From: Candidatus Dormibacteria bacterium
GTDB taxonomy: Bacteria > Chloroflexota > Dormibacteria > Aeolococcales > Aeolococcaceae
NCBI GenBank assembly: GCA_050011555.1
Contig: JBEKIT010000009.1
Span: 17,807-81,806 of the forward strand
Direction of reading: 5' to 3'
DNA length: 64,000 bases
Shown: positions 1 through 9,262 of the stretch, piece after piece
Layout: the number at the start of each line of letters is the position of its first letter
Position numbering within the stretch: the stretch's first letter is position 1
Notes under the pieces: model-generated
Database searches by the model: none
Told to the model about the DNA's origin: nothing
Seen by the model: the letters and a program-made list of their open reading frames with translations, nothing else
Position numbers and translations under genes: made by a program

Positions 1-1156
1 GATCATCCGGCTCCACGCCATGCAGCTCGGATCCGAGGTGGTGATCGCGGTCAGCGACGACGGGCGTGGCATCGACGTGGCCAGGGTTCGCGAGGCCGCC
101 GGCAGCACCGACCGCAGCGCGATGGAGATGGACGACGAGGCCGCCCTCTACCTGATCTTCCGCTCCGGCCTCAGCACCGCCACCAGGGTGACCGGCGTCT
201 CCGGGCGCGGCGTCGGCCTGGACGCGGTCCGGGCCAGTCTCAACGCGGTGCGCGGGCGCATCGAGGTCCGGTCCGACCCCGGGCTCGGCACCGAGTTCCG
301 GATCGCCGTGCCGATCACCATGGCGACCCTCCGCTGCCTGGTGATCAACTCCGCCGGCCAGGCCTTCGCGATCCCGCTCCACTCGGTCCGGGCGGTCCTG
401 CCGCCCCAGCCGTCGGCGACCGTCGGGGGGCGGGCGATGACCATGGTGGAGGGCCGCCCGGTGCCGATCAGCAGCCTCGCCTCGGTGCTCGGCACCGGAA
501 ACGGCGTCGAGGGGCCGGCGGTGGTCGTCGCCGGTCTCACCCGGAGCCACGCGTTCAAGGTCGACGAGCTCGTCGACCAGCGCGACGTCGTGGTCAAGGG
601 GCTCGGGGAGCTCATCCCCCGTCTGCCCGCGGTCGCCGGTGCCGGTGTGCAGCCCGACGGCAGCATCCTGCTGGTCTTGGAGGCCGCCGGCCTGATCGAG
701 CGGGCTCGCCGCGTGGACAGTGGTGACCGCTCCCTGGAAGCCGCCGACGGGGGTCGGCGGGAGGCGCCGGTCGCCCGACGCGCCGCCTCGATCCTGGTGG
801 TCGACGACGCCCTCACCGTCCGTGAGCTGCAGCGCTCCATCTTCGAGAATGCCGGTTACCGGGTCGCGGTCGCCACCAACGGCGAGGAGGCGCTGACCCG
901 GATCTCCGAGGAGCGCCCCGACCTGGTGCTCACCGACGTGCAGATGCCGCGGATGGACGGCTTCCAGCTCACCGCGGCGATCCGCGGCCAGCCGGCTCTC
1001 GCCTCGGTCCCGGTGATCATCCTGACCTCGCGGGGCAGCGACGAGGACCGCCGGCGCGGCCTGGAGTGTGGGGCCGACGGCTACATCGTGAAGAGCGGCT
1101 TCGACCAGTCGGCGCTGCTCTCGGCGGTCGAGCACCTGCTGGGAGCCGAGCGGTGA
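1..1156 (+). CDS. cheA: Hybrid CheA (HATPase-CheW-REC), WspE-like; 5' end outside window
   Basis: G1 SDDGRGID, F/G2 IFRSGLST..SGRGVGLDAV, CheW domain, C-terminal receiver (VVDD, LTDVQMPRMDG, YIVK); frame open upstream of ATG 20. Confidence 0.93.
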   Translation, partial: IIRLHAMQLGSEVVIAVSDDGRGIDVARVREAAGSTDRSAMEMDDEAALYLIFRSGLSTATRVTGVSGRGVGLDAVRASLNAVRGRIEVRSDPGLGTEFRIAVPITMATLRCLVINSAGQAFAIPLHSVRAVLPPQPSATVGGRAMTMVEGRPVPISSLASVLGTGNGVEGPAVVVAGLTRSHAFKVDELVDQRDVVVKGLGELIPRLPAVAGAGVQPDGSILLVLEAAGLIERARRVDSGDRSLEAADGGRREAPVARRAASILVVDDALTVRELQRSIFENAGYRVAVATNGEEALTRISEERPDLVLTDVQMPRMDGFQLTAAIRGQPALASVPVIILTSRGSDEDRRRGLECGADGYIVKSGFDQSALLSAVEHLLGAER

Positions 1157-1226
1157 CGGACACGGCGGCCGGAGGCCTCGTGGGTCCTCGCCCACCCGAT
1201 CCCCAGCGGCTGGAGGAAGGCCCGAC

Positions 1227-2276
1227 GTGCCGGTGAAGGACGCCCTCCGGGTGCTCGTGGTGACCGCGCAGACCGGACCCTGGGCCGCCGAGCTCTTCCG
1301 GTCGGTGGAGGCCGATCGCGACGCGAGCGTGGTGGGTCAGGTCCCGCCGGGCGAGGCTGCCGGCTACGTCAGCCGGGACCATCCGGACGTGGTGAGCCTG
1401 GACATGACCGGGCTCGAGGGCAACGGCCAGGCCGCCAGCCTGGTTCGGGAGATCCTCGTTCTCGCCCCCGTCCCGATCCTGCTCCTGGTCCCCTCGGACC
1501 AGCGGCGGGACGCCTCGATGGCGGCGGTGGTCGCCGGCGCCGTGGGGGTCATGACCTTCCCACCCAAGTGGGACGTCTCGGTTGGCGCCGACCTGCGCCG
1601 GCGGCTCCAGGCCCTCGGCCGCCTCTCGGTCCGCCGCCGCGAGCGGCTCCGGCGCCAGGTGGTGCGCGATCCCCACCCCAACGGCGCGGGTCCGCACCGT
1701 CGCAGCCTCGAGGGGGTGGTCGGGCTGGCCGCCTCCACCGGAGGCCCGCCCGCGCTGGCCCGGGTGCTGGCCGGCCTCGGGGGATTGGAGCGACCGGTGG
1801 TGATCGTCCAGCATCTCCAATCCGGCTTCGTCGACGGTTTCCTCGGCTGGATGAAGCGTGAGTCCGCGCTCCCGGTGGAGCTGGCCGTCGACGGCGCCGC
1901 ACTCCGGCCCGGGTTGGTGCTGGTGGCCCCCCCCGGGCTGCACGTCTCGGTACGGCGCGGTCACCGCATCTCCCTGGGCGACGAGCCGGTGACCCTCCAC
2001 CGTCCCTCCGCCGACGTGCTCTTCCACAGCATGGCCGAGCACTGCGGGGCCGCCGGGATCGGGGTCATCCTCACCGGCATGGGGGACGACGGCACCTCCG
2101 GCCTGCTCGCCCTGCGCCGCAGTGGCGGGGTGACGATCGCCCAGGACGAGGCCACCTCGGCGGTGTACGGGATGCCCAAGGCGGCCTACGACAGCGGGGC
2201 CGCCGCCCAGGTGGTCCCCCTCTCCGAGGTCGCCGCCGCGGTGCTGCGCGCGGCCGCCACCCCGGTGCCGGCATGA
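1227..2276 (+). CDS. cheB: CheB methylesterase with degenerate N-terminal receiver domain
   Basis: Catalytic motifs AASTGGP, IVQH, LTGMGDDG, RPSADVLF, YGMP; GGAGGAAGG upstream of GTG. Confidence 0.93.
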   Translation: MPVKDALRVLVVTAQTGPWAAELFRSVEADRDASVVGQVPPGEAAGYVSRDHPDVVSLDMTGLEGNGQAASLVREILVLAPVPILLLVPSDQRRDASMAAVVAGAVGVMTFPPKWDVSVGADLRRRLQALGRLSVRRRERLRRQVVRDPHPNGAGPHRRSLEGVVGLAASTGGPPALARVLAGLGGLERPVVIVQHLQSGFVDGFLGWMKRESALPVELAVDGAALRPGLVLVAPPGLHVSVRRGHRISLGDEPVTLHRPSADVLFHSMAEHCGAAGIGVILTGMGDDGTSGLLALRRSGGVTIAQDEATSAVYGMPKAAYDSGAAAQVVPLSEVAAAVLRAAATPVPA

Positions 2277-3631
2277 CCAGCGAGATCCTGCTCGACGCCG
2301 CCCGTCAGGTCGTGGAGCGCACCGTCGGCCTGCGCCTCGACCCGGCTCAGCGATACCGGCTCGACTACTGGCTCCACCACACCGCGGCGCAGCGGGGGGT
2401 GGCCGACTCCCAGCTCGTGGAGGAGATCGCCGCCGAGGGGCCGGCGCTCCAGGCCGTGCTCGACGAGCTCACCGTGCAGGAGACCTCCTTCTTCCGCGAC
2501 CCGGCTCAGTTCGCCGCCTTCCGCCGGGACGTGGTGCCCACCCTCCGCTCTCCGCTGACCATCTGGAGCGCCGGCTGCGCCGGGGGCCACGAGCCGTACA
2601 GCATCGCCATGGTGCTGGCCGAGAGCGGCATCGCCAGCTGGCGGGTGGTGGCCTCCGACATCTCCTCGCGGGCGCTCCGGCAGGCCCAATCGGCTCGCTA
2701 CGAGGAGCGGCACCTGGCCGGGATCGGCGAGGAGGAGCGCAGCCGCTACCTGCGCCGCGCCGGCGCCGAGTGGGAGGTGGTCCCCGAGCTGCGGGAGAAG
2801 GTCACGGTCTTCCGCCACAACCTCATCCGCGATCCGGCCCCCCGGCAGGCGGCGGGTGCGGAGGTCGTCTTCTGCCGGAACGTCCTCATCTACTTCGATC
2901 GCGCCGACGTGCTGGCGGCGCTGGCGAGGATCGCCACGACCATGGACCCGGGCGGGTGGGTCTTCCTCGGCTACTCCGAATCCCTCTGGCAGGTCAGCGA
3001 GCGTTTCCACCTGGTCCGGCTGGGCAGCGCCTTCGCCTACCGCCAGCCGGAGGCTACCCTGCCGGACCCCTCCGCCGGGCTCCCGCCCGAGCTGGACCGG
3101 CGGACCCAGGGTCGCGCGGCCTCCTCGGGGCAGCCGGGCGCGCTCGGCGAGAACGCCCCGGCCGCCGGTCGGGGTGGCCGAGCCCGGGGGGCGGCGATCT
3201 CCAGGGATGCCGACGGCTCGCGGCTTGCCGTGCCACCGGCGGCCAAGCTGGGCTCCGCCACGGCGGCGGAACCGGTGCCGATGCCGGCACCGGCATCGGC
3301 GGCTTTCGACGCGGGCAGCGACGCGATCCCCACCATCGCCGGTCTCCTCGCCGAGGGTGAAGCCGGCCTGCAGGCCGGGGACGCGGCGGCTGCGGTGTCG
3401 GCCCTGCGCAAGGTCGTGTACCTGGACCCCGACCACGCGATCGCCCACTTCCAGCTGGGCCTCGCCTTCGAGATGATGGGCGACCAGGGACAGGCCCGGC
3501 GGGCGCTCAGCGCCGCCCGGGCCGCGCTCGGACGCAGCTCCGCGGCGGCTGAGGCGGCGCTCGAGGGCTACCAGATTGCCGAGCTGGTCCGGCTCATCGA
3601 CCACCGGCTCACGAGGACACCCGAGCCATGA
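2273..3631 (+). CDS. cheR: CheR methyltransferase with C-terminal TPR (WspC-like)
   Basis: TVQETSFFRD, IWSAGC..GHEPYSIAM, FCRNVLIYFD, LGYSES; TPR-like ALRKVVYLDPDHAIAHFQLG; ATGA overlap. Confidence 0.93.
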   Translation: MTSEILLDAARQVVERTVGLRLDPAQRYRLDYWLHHTAAQRGVADSQLVEEIAAEGPALQAVLDELTVQETSFFRDPAQFAAFRRDVVPTLRSPLTIWSAGCAGGHEPYSIAMVLAESGIASWRVVASDISSRALRQAQSARYEERHLAGIGEEERSRYLRRAGAEWEVVPELREKVTVFRHNLIRDPAPRQAAGAEVVFCRNVLIYFDRADVLAALARIATTMDPGGWVFLGYSESLWQVSERFHLVRLGSAFAYRQPEATLPDPSAGLPPELDRRTQGRAASSGQPGALGENAPAAGRGGRARGAAISRDADGSRLAVPPAAKLGSATAAEPVPMPAPASAAFDAGSDAIPTIAGLLAEGEAGLQAGDAAAAVSALRKVVYLDPDHAIAHFQLGLAFEMMGDQGQARRALSAARAALGRSSAAAEAALEGYQIAELVRLIDHRLTRTPEP

Positions 3632-4017
3632 AGACCCTGGTCCATTTCGCAACCGAGACCGGCGAGTGGGCAGTTCCCATCGAGCGCGTCCAAGAGGTGC
3701 GGCTGGCTGTGGGGATCACCCCACTGCCCGCGGCCAAGCCCGGCATCGCCGGTCTGCTCCGGCGCGGCGATGAGGTCATCGCCGTCCTCTCGCTGCTCGG
3801 CGCCGGCGCCGGCCACGTCCTGGTGATCGATGGCGACGGTGAGCGGTACGGCCTTCTCGCCGAGACCGCCATCGGCATCCTTCGCGTCGAGGAGGACGAG
3901 ATCGGGGCCCCGCCGAACGGCCAGGAGGACCCCGTGGTCTCGGGGGTGATCCGGGCCGAAGGCGGAAGGATGATCCTGCTGCTCGACGCCGACGAGCTCT
4001 GCAAGGTCGTGCGGTGA
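3628..4017 (+). CDS. cheW: CheW-family coupling protein
   Basis: AVPIERVQEV..ITPLP..IAGL..RGDEVIAV pattern; translationally coupled in operon. Confidence 0.85.
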   Translation: MKTLVHFATETGEWAVPIERVQEVRLAVGITPLPAAKPGIAGLLRRGDEVIAVLSLLGAGAGHVLVIDGDGERYGLLAETAIGILRVEEDEIGAPPNGQEDPVVSGVIRAEGGRMILLLDADELCKVVR

Positions 4018-4913
4018 ACGGCACCATCCTGGTCGCGGACGACTCCATGGTGGTCCGCGCCGTGCTCCGCCGCCAGCTGGAGGCGGACGGTCACACGGTC
4101 ATCGAGGCGGTCGACGGCGAGGAGGCGATCACCGCTTGCCGCGAGTACTGCCCCGACGTGGTTTTGCTCGACGTGGAGATGCCGGTGCTGGATGGCCACG
4201 CCACCCTGGAGCGGCTCAAGGCCGACCCGGATCTCAAGGACATCCCGGTTGTCTTCCTGACCGGGCGGGTCGACACGGCCGACGTGGTCACCGGGCTCCG
4301 GCTCGGCGCTCACGACTACCTGCGCAAGCCGTTCGAGGCCAACGAGCTCATGGCGCGGGTCAGCGCCGCGCTCAGGACCAAGGAGCTGCAGGACGAGCTC
4401 CGCCGCCGCAACGCGGAGCTGGACCGCGTGTCGCGCATCGACATGCTGACCAACATCTACAACCGCCGCCACCTCGACGAGCACCTCCGACGTGCGATCA
4501 GCGGCGCCCGACGGCACGGCCGGACGGTCGGCGTGCTGCTCGTCGACATCGACCATTTCAAGGACGTCAACGACCAGTACGGCCACCTCGCCGGTGACGC
4601 CGTGCTCAAGGAGGTCGCCGCGCGCCTGCAGGGTGCGATGCGCACCGAGGACGCCCTCGGACGGTGGGGTGGCGAGGAGTTCATCGCGGTGCTCACCGAC
4701 ACCCCTGGCGAGTCGATCGGGGTGCTCGCCGAGCGGATGCGCCAGGCGATCGCGAGCACACCGTTCGTCCTGGCGGACGGCACCCGGATCCGGGTCACGG
4801 TGAGCATCGGCCACACCGCCGGGACCGAGGACGCCGAGGTCCTGGTGCACCGCTCCGACGACGCCCTCTACGTCGCCAAGGAGGCCGGGCGCAACCAGGT
4901 CGCCGCCGCCTGA
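4014..4913 (+). CDS. REC-GGDEF diguanylate cyclase (WspR/PleD-like)
   Basis: Receiver VADD..LLDVEMP..KP; DIDHFKDVNDQYGHLAGD, RWGGEEF, I-site RTED five residues upstream of GGEEF. Confidence 0.94.
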   Translation: MNGTILVADDSMVVRAVLRRQLEADGHTVIEAVDGEEAITACREYCPDVVLLDVEMPVLDGHATLERLKADPDLKDIPVVFLTGRVDTADVVTGLRLGAHDYLRKPFEANELMARVSAALRTKELQDELRRRNAELDRVSRIDMLTNIYNRRHLDEHLRRAISGARRHGRTVGVLLVDIDHFKDVNDQYGHLAGDAVLKEVAARLQGAMRTEDALGRWGGEEFIAVLTDTPGESIGVLAERMRQAIASTPFVLADGTRIRVTVSIGHTAGTEDAEVLVHRSDDALYVAKEAGRNQVAAA

Positions 4914-4920
4914 GCCGGGA

Positions 4921-6045
4921 TCACCCCTGCCGCGCACTGAGCGCGCGCAGGTAGACCCGCTCGTGAGCGTCGAGGGTGGCCTCCAGGTCGAGGGTCTCCT
5001 CGGCGTGGCGCCGGCACGCCACACGGCTCAATTGATCCGCACGCCTCACCCCCGCCGCAGCCCCGGCGACGTCGTCCGGGGCGACCAGGATCGCGCTGAC
5101 CTCCTCGTCCACGACCTCGGGGAGGCCCCCCCGGCGGAAGCCCACCACCGGGGTCCCGCAGGCGTTGGCCTCGGCCGCCACCAGCCCGAACGGCTCCTCC
5201 CAGGCCGGCGCACAGATCACGGCCGCGGACCGCCCCATCTCGATCCAGAGGGTGCGCCTCTCCAGCGCGGGCAGGATGTCCACGGTCGCGGGCGGGGCGT
5301 TCAGGGCGTAGTCCCGCACAAATGCCCTCACGCGGGCGGCGTATTCGGGGTCGTACCCGGGGCCGCAGAGGAGAAGTCGCCGCCCGGCAAGCCTGGCGAT
5401 CTCCACCGCCTCCATCGCCCCCTTCTCACGGGAGAAGCGGCCGGCGAAGAGGAGGCGGGTCGAGGTGGAGGTCGCACGCCAGGGGATGGCGTCGATGAGG
5501 AGCCCGGGACGGAGCACGCAGTCGACGGGGACGAGCCGGCGCCAGGCGTCGGCGTGGGCCTCCGAGACCCCGGCGACCAGCGGGGGGTTGGCGCCCGTCG
5601 CTGCGACGGCCAGGGCGGCGCCGATCCGCGCGTCGGCCGGCATGTGGAGGGTGTGGACCACCGGGGTCGCCAGGGTGGCGGCGTGCAGGATCGCCGGCAC
5701 GTCGAAGGCGTGGTTGTGGACCACGTCGAATTCTCCCGATCCGATCAGCGCCGCAGTGGCCGCGAACGCCTCGATGGCGAGCGCCTCGGCGGCGTCGTCG
5801 TGGGCTGGCCTGCGCCCGGGACGGACCAGGGTCGCGCTCAGCGCGGCGGCGTCGACATCGACCTCCGCCACGGTCACCCCCTCGACCCGAGAGCCGCGGG
5901 CGGCGAAGACGGTGACGCCGTGGCCGCGCCCGGTGAGACCGCGGGCGAGGTCCACCAGGAAGGTCTGGACCCCGCCGAGATGGGGCTCGGCGAGCGGCGC
6001 GATCAAAGGAGCGATCAGGGCTATGCGCATGCGAGACTGCGCCAT
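4921..6045 (-). CDS. GT4 (GT-B fold) glycosyltransferase
   Basis: MRIALIAP..GGVQ, HNH, AGRFSREKG, WEEPFGLVAAEANACGTPV; start placed at MAQSR (uncertain). Confidence 0.88.
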   Translation of the reverse strand: MAQSRMRIALIAPLIAPLAEPHLGGVQTFLVDLARGLTGRGHGVTVFAARGSRVEGVTVAEVDVDAAALSATLVRPGRRPAHDDAAEALAIEAFAATAALIGSGEFDVVHNHAFDVPAILHAATLATPVVHTLHMPADARIGAALAVAATGANPPLVAGVSEAHADAWRRLVPVDCVLRPGLLIDAIPWRATSTSTRLLFAGRFSREKGAMEAVEIARLAGRRLLLCGPGYDPEYAARVRAFVRDYALNAPPATVDILPALERRTLWIEMGRSAAVICAPAWEEPFGLVAAEANACGTPVVGFRRGGLPEVVDEEVSAILVAPDDVAGAAAGVRRADQLSRVACRRHAEETLDLEATLDAHERVYLRALSARQG

Positions 6046-6085
6046 TGAACCGCCTTCACCGAATCGAAAGGTGGGTTGGCGTGGA

Positions 6086-6928
6086 ATGAGAACCGCTACG
6101 CGATCCTCCACCTCCCACGGTGGTGCCGGCCGCTGCGGCGGCCGGCGCCACCCTCAGCTCCTCCTGAGCGCATCCATGGCTGCGCTGGGGCTCGCCATGG
6201 TCTCCTGCGGCACCGCCGGCGCGTCGGCCGGCCTCCCCTCGACCGGGTTCCGGGCTGGCGACCTCACCGGCGGGACCCTGGTCAGCGTCAGCGGCACCAA
6301 GCTGATCCTCAGCACCGCCAACGGGAACGTGGACGTCGCCTTCAGCAGCTCGACCCCGATCAGCAAGACGAGCGCCGGCGGCATCTCGGACATCGCGGTC
6401 GGGAGCTGCGTCACCGCGACCGGGAGCGTGGACTCCATGGGCGTGATCACCGCCACCGCGGTGACGGTGTCACCGACGGACAACGGCTCCTGCGCGCCTG
6501 GCTCGTACCCGGGGGGGAATCCCGGCGGCTTCCCCGGAGGGCGGCTCAACGTCAGCCCCCGGGCGCGGCCCTCCGGCGGGTTCGGCTTCGACTTCGCCAG
6601 CGTCCGCGGCGTGGTCACCGCGATGGACGGCACCACGGTGACCGTCCAGGCCACCACCGGCTCCAGTGAGAGCCTCACCGTCCCCACCACCGCCCGGGTC
6701 TCCACCACCGCCAGCGGCTCCACCGCCGACCTGGTCGCCGGAGCCTGCGTGGCCGCCGTCGGCCCACGCAACTCCTCAGGAACGGTTGATGCCCGCTCCC
6801 TGCTCATCGAGCCGGCCGATGCCTCGGGCTGCTTCATCGGAGGGGGCGGGTTCGGTGGCTTCGGGGGCGGGGGCTTCGGCGGCTTCGGGGGCGGCGGAGA
6901 CTCCGGCGGGACCACGACCACGTCGTGA
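6086..6928 (+). CDS. Secreted lipoprotein with two DUF5666-like repeats and Gly/Phe-rich tail
   Basis: Hydrophobic signal ending LAMVSC; two repeats (G-SVSGT..DIAVGSCV / GVVTAMDGT..DLVAGACV); GGGFGG tail; start inferred. Confidence 0.6.
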   Translation: MRTATRSSTSHGGAGRCGGRRHPQLLLSASMAALGLAMVSCGTAGASAGLPSTGFRAGDLTGGTLVSVSGTKLILSTANGNVDVAFSSSTPISKTSAGGISDIAVGSCVTATGSVDSMGVITATAVTVSPTDNGSCAPGSYPGGNPGGFPGGRLNVSPRARPSGGFGFDFASVRGVVTAMDGTTVTVQATTGSSESLTVPTTARVSTTASGSTADLVAGACVAAVGPRNSSGTVDARSLLIEPADASGCFIGGGGFGGFGGGGFGGFGGGGDSGGTTTTS

Positions 6929-6983
6929 TCGCCTGAGATGGGCCGGAGGTGCGCGCGGGCCCCGGCTGCGGGAGACTGATGCC

Positions 6984-7658
6984 ATGCGAGTCCTTGTCGC
7001 CGAGGATGACCCGGGCCTCCAGGCGGTGCTGGTCCAGGGCCTGGAGGGCGCCGGCTACCAGGTCGACGCCGTCGGCCGCGGTGACGACGCCATCGACCAG
7101 CTCAAGTTCTACGAGTACGACGTCGCGATCATCGACTGGCGGATGCCGGGAACCTCGGGCATCGACGTGATCCGCTGGGCGCGGCGCAACGAGCGCCCCA
7201 CCGCGATGCTCATGCTCACCGCCCGCGACACCCCACCGGACCGGGTCGAGGGCCTCGACGCCGGTGCCGACGACTACCTGGTGAAGCCTTTCGACTTCGC
7301 TGAGCTGCTGGCCCGGATCCGTGCCCTGCAGCGCCGTCCCCGCGGGGTGGACGCGCCGGTGATCACCCGTGGCAGCCTCTCGCTCGACCCGCTGCGCCGC
7401 GAGGTGAGCGCGCTCGGGCGTCCCGTGGCCCTCACCACCACCGAGTACAACATCCTGGAGCTGCTGATGCGGCGCTCCCCGGCGGTGGTCGACCGCAAGG
7501 CGATCGCCGAGCACGGCTGGCGCGACGAGACCGATGCCCTCGGCTCCAACGCCATCGACGTCCAGCTCAGCCGGCTGCGCGCCAAGCTGCCCAGCGCCGG
7601 CATCCGCATCGTCACGGTGCGGGGGGCGGGGTACCGGCTCGAGGAGGCGCAGGGATGA
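6984..7658 (+). CDS. OmpR/PhoB-family response regulator
   Basis: MRVLVAEDD, IIDWRMPG, LTARD, GADDYLVKPF, winged helix IVTVRGAGY. Confidence 0.94.
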   Translation: MRVLVAEDDPGLQAVLVQGLEGAGYQVDAVGRGDDAIDQLKFYEYDVAIIDWRMPGTSGIDVIRWARRNERPTAMLMLTARDTPPDRVEGLDAGADDYLVKPFDFAELLARIRALQRRPRGVDAPVITRGSLSLDPLRREVSALGRPVALTTTEYNILELLMRRSPAVVDRKAIAEHGWRDETDALGSNAIDVQLSRLRAKLPSAGIRIVTVRGAGYRLEEAQG

Positions 7659-9217
7659 GCACGGGGCGGGCCGCGCGCGGCTCTCACGCGACCGGACCGC
7701 CGGACGCGCTCCACCGGGTGCGGGTGGCCTCCACCCGGGTGGCCCTGATCAGCACCGCCATCGTGGCCGCCGTCTACCTGGTGATCGCGATGGTGGTGAT
7801 GCTCATCGTCACTTCCCGCGAGACCACGGAGGTCGACACCCAGCTCACCCAGGCGCTGACCAACTCGCTCGCAGGAGGCACCCCCCAGCCGGACAGCTCG
7901 TCGGGCACGCCTCTCTGGTACTGGTTCGTGGCCACCGACGGCTCCCAGATCGCGTGCGACCCGCAGTCCCAGTTCGAGCAGTGCCCGATTGCAAGCCTCG
8001 CCAACCAGGGTCTCCCCGCGTCCGCCGAGTCGGTTGGTGCGAGTCCGCGGACCGTCTCGGCCGCGAGCGGCGACTTCCGAGTCATCGGCACCGACATCAC
8101 CCCGATCACCTACGACGCCCAGGTCGGCACCGATCCCGCCACCGGGCTGCCCATCGGTGAGCAGTTCACCCTGGTGCGGATGATCATCGGGCAGTCGCTG
8201 AGCGGGGTCACCTCCGCCGAGGGCAACCTGATCCTGGCCGAGGCAATCGTCGGCCCGATCCTGCTGCTCGCCGTCTTCCTCGGCGCCCTCACCATCGGCC
8301 GGCGGGTCGCGGCCCCGATCGAGGAGGCCCGGGTCCGGCAGATGGAGTTCACCGCCGACGCCTCCCACGAGCTGCGCACCCCGCTCTCGGTGATCGAGGC
8401 CCAGACCTCCCTCGCCCTCGCCGAGCCGCGCGACGCGGCCTGGTACCGGGCCGCCTTCCAGCGGGTGCAGGGTGAGAGTGGCCGCATCCGCCGCCTGGTC
8501 GAGGACCTGCTCTGGCTGGCGCGGTTCGACACCACCCGCGACCGCGCGCCCGCCGAGCACGTGGACCTCGCCATCCTGGCCGAGATGGCGGCCGACCGGT
8601 TCACCGCCGTCGCCGAGGCCAAGGGGGTTCACCTGTCGGTGCGGACGGCCCCGGTGCCACTGGTCGTGCACGCTCCCCCCGAGTGGCTCGACCGGCTCCT
8701 CGGGGTGCTCCTCGACAACGCCTGCAAGTACGTGCCGGAGGGCGGCACCGTCGACGTGGCCGTCTGGGCCGATGGCAACCGCGTCCGCCTCGCGGTGGAC
8801 GACTCAGGGCCGGGCATCCCGGCAGCGGAGAGATCGCGCATCTTCGACCGGTTCCGCCGTGCCACGGATCAGCCCGGCGGGGCCGGCCTGGGGCTCGCCA
8901 TCGCCAACTCGGTGGTCAGCGCGACCGGTGGACGCTGGACGATCGGCGACTCGCCGCTGGGCGGCGCCAGCCTGGGCGTGGTCTGGCCGCGCTCGCTGAG
9001 CGGCGCCCACGGCTCCGCGGGCGCTGCGCCGGAGCCGCTGCCGCCCGCCGCCGCGCCGGCCGCGGCTGCGCCCGCCGCGACCCCGCAGCCGCTGACGCCT
9101 CCCACCATTGCGCCGGCATCGACCCCGCCCGCCGACGGGAGTGCCCGCCCGTCGCCGGCGACCGTCGCCGGGCCACCCCGCCGGGACCCCACGAGCGACC
9201 CGCAGCCGGCCGGCTGA
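7655..9217 (+). CDS. Membrane sensor histidine kinase
   Basis: Two TM segments, ADASHELRTPL, LLDNACKY, DDSGPGI, FDRF, GAGLGLAI; Pro/Ala tail. Confidence 0.93.
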   Translation: MSTGRAARGSHATGPPDALHRVRVASTRVALISTAIVAAVYLVIAMVVMLIVTSRETTEVDTQLTQALTNSLAGGTPQPDSSSGTPLWYWFVATDGSQIACDPQSQFEQCPIASLANQGLPASAESVGASPRTVSAASGDFRVIGTDITPITYDAQVGTDPATGLPIGEQFTLVRMIIGQSLSGVTSAEGNLILAEAIVGPILLLAVFLGALTIGRRVAAPIEEARVRQMEFTADASHELRTPLSVIEAQTSLALAEPRDAAWYRAAFQRVQGESGRIRRLVEDLLWLARFDTTRDRAPAEHVDLAILAEMAADRFTAVAEAKGVHLSVRTAPVPLVVHAPPEWLDRLLGVLLDNACKYVPEGGTVDVAVWADGNRVRLAVDDSGPGIPAAERSRIFDRFRRATDQPGGAGLGLAIANSVVSATGGRWTIGDSPLGGASLGVVWPRSLSGAHGSAGAAPEPLPPAAAPAAAAPAATPQPLTPPTIAPASTPPADGSARPSPATVAGPPRRDPTSDPQPAG

Positions 9218-9262
9218 GCCCGCCTTGGGGCCGCGTGGACGTGCCAGACTGTAAGCCGTCAG

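Noticed and set aside
6843-6896. DNA repeat elements (GGCTTCGG units; also AGC x6 near 51916)
   Set aside because: Coding low-complexity Gly/Phe and poly-Ser linkers
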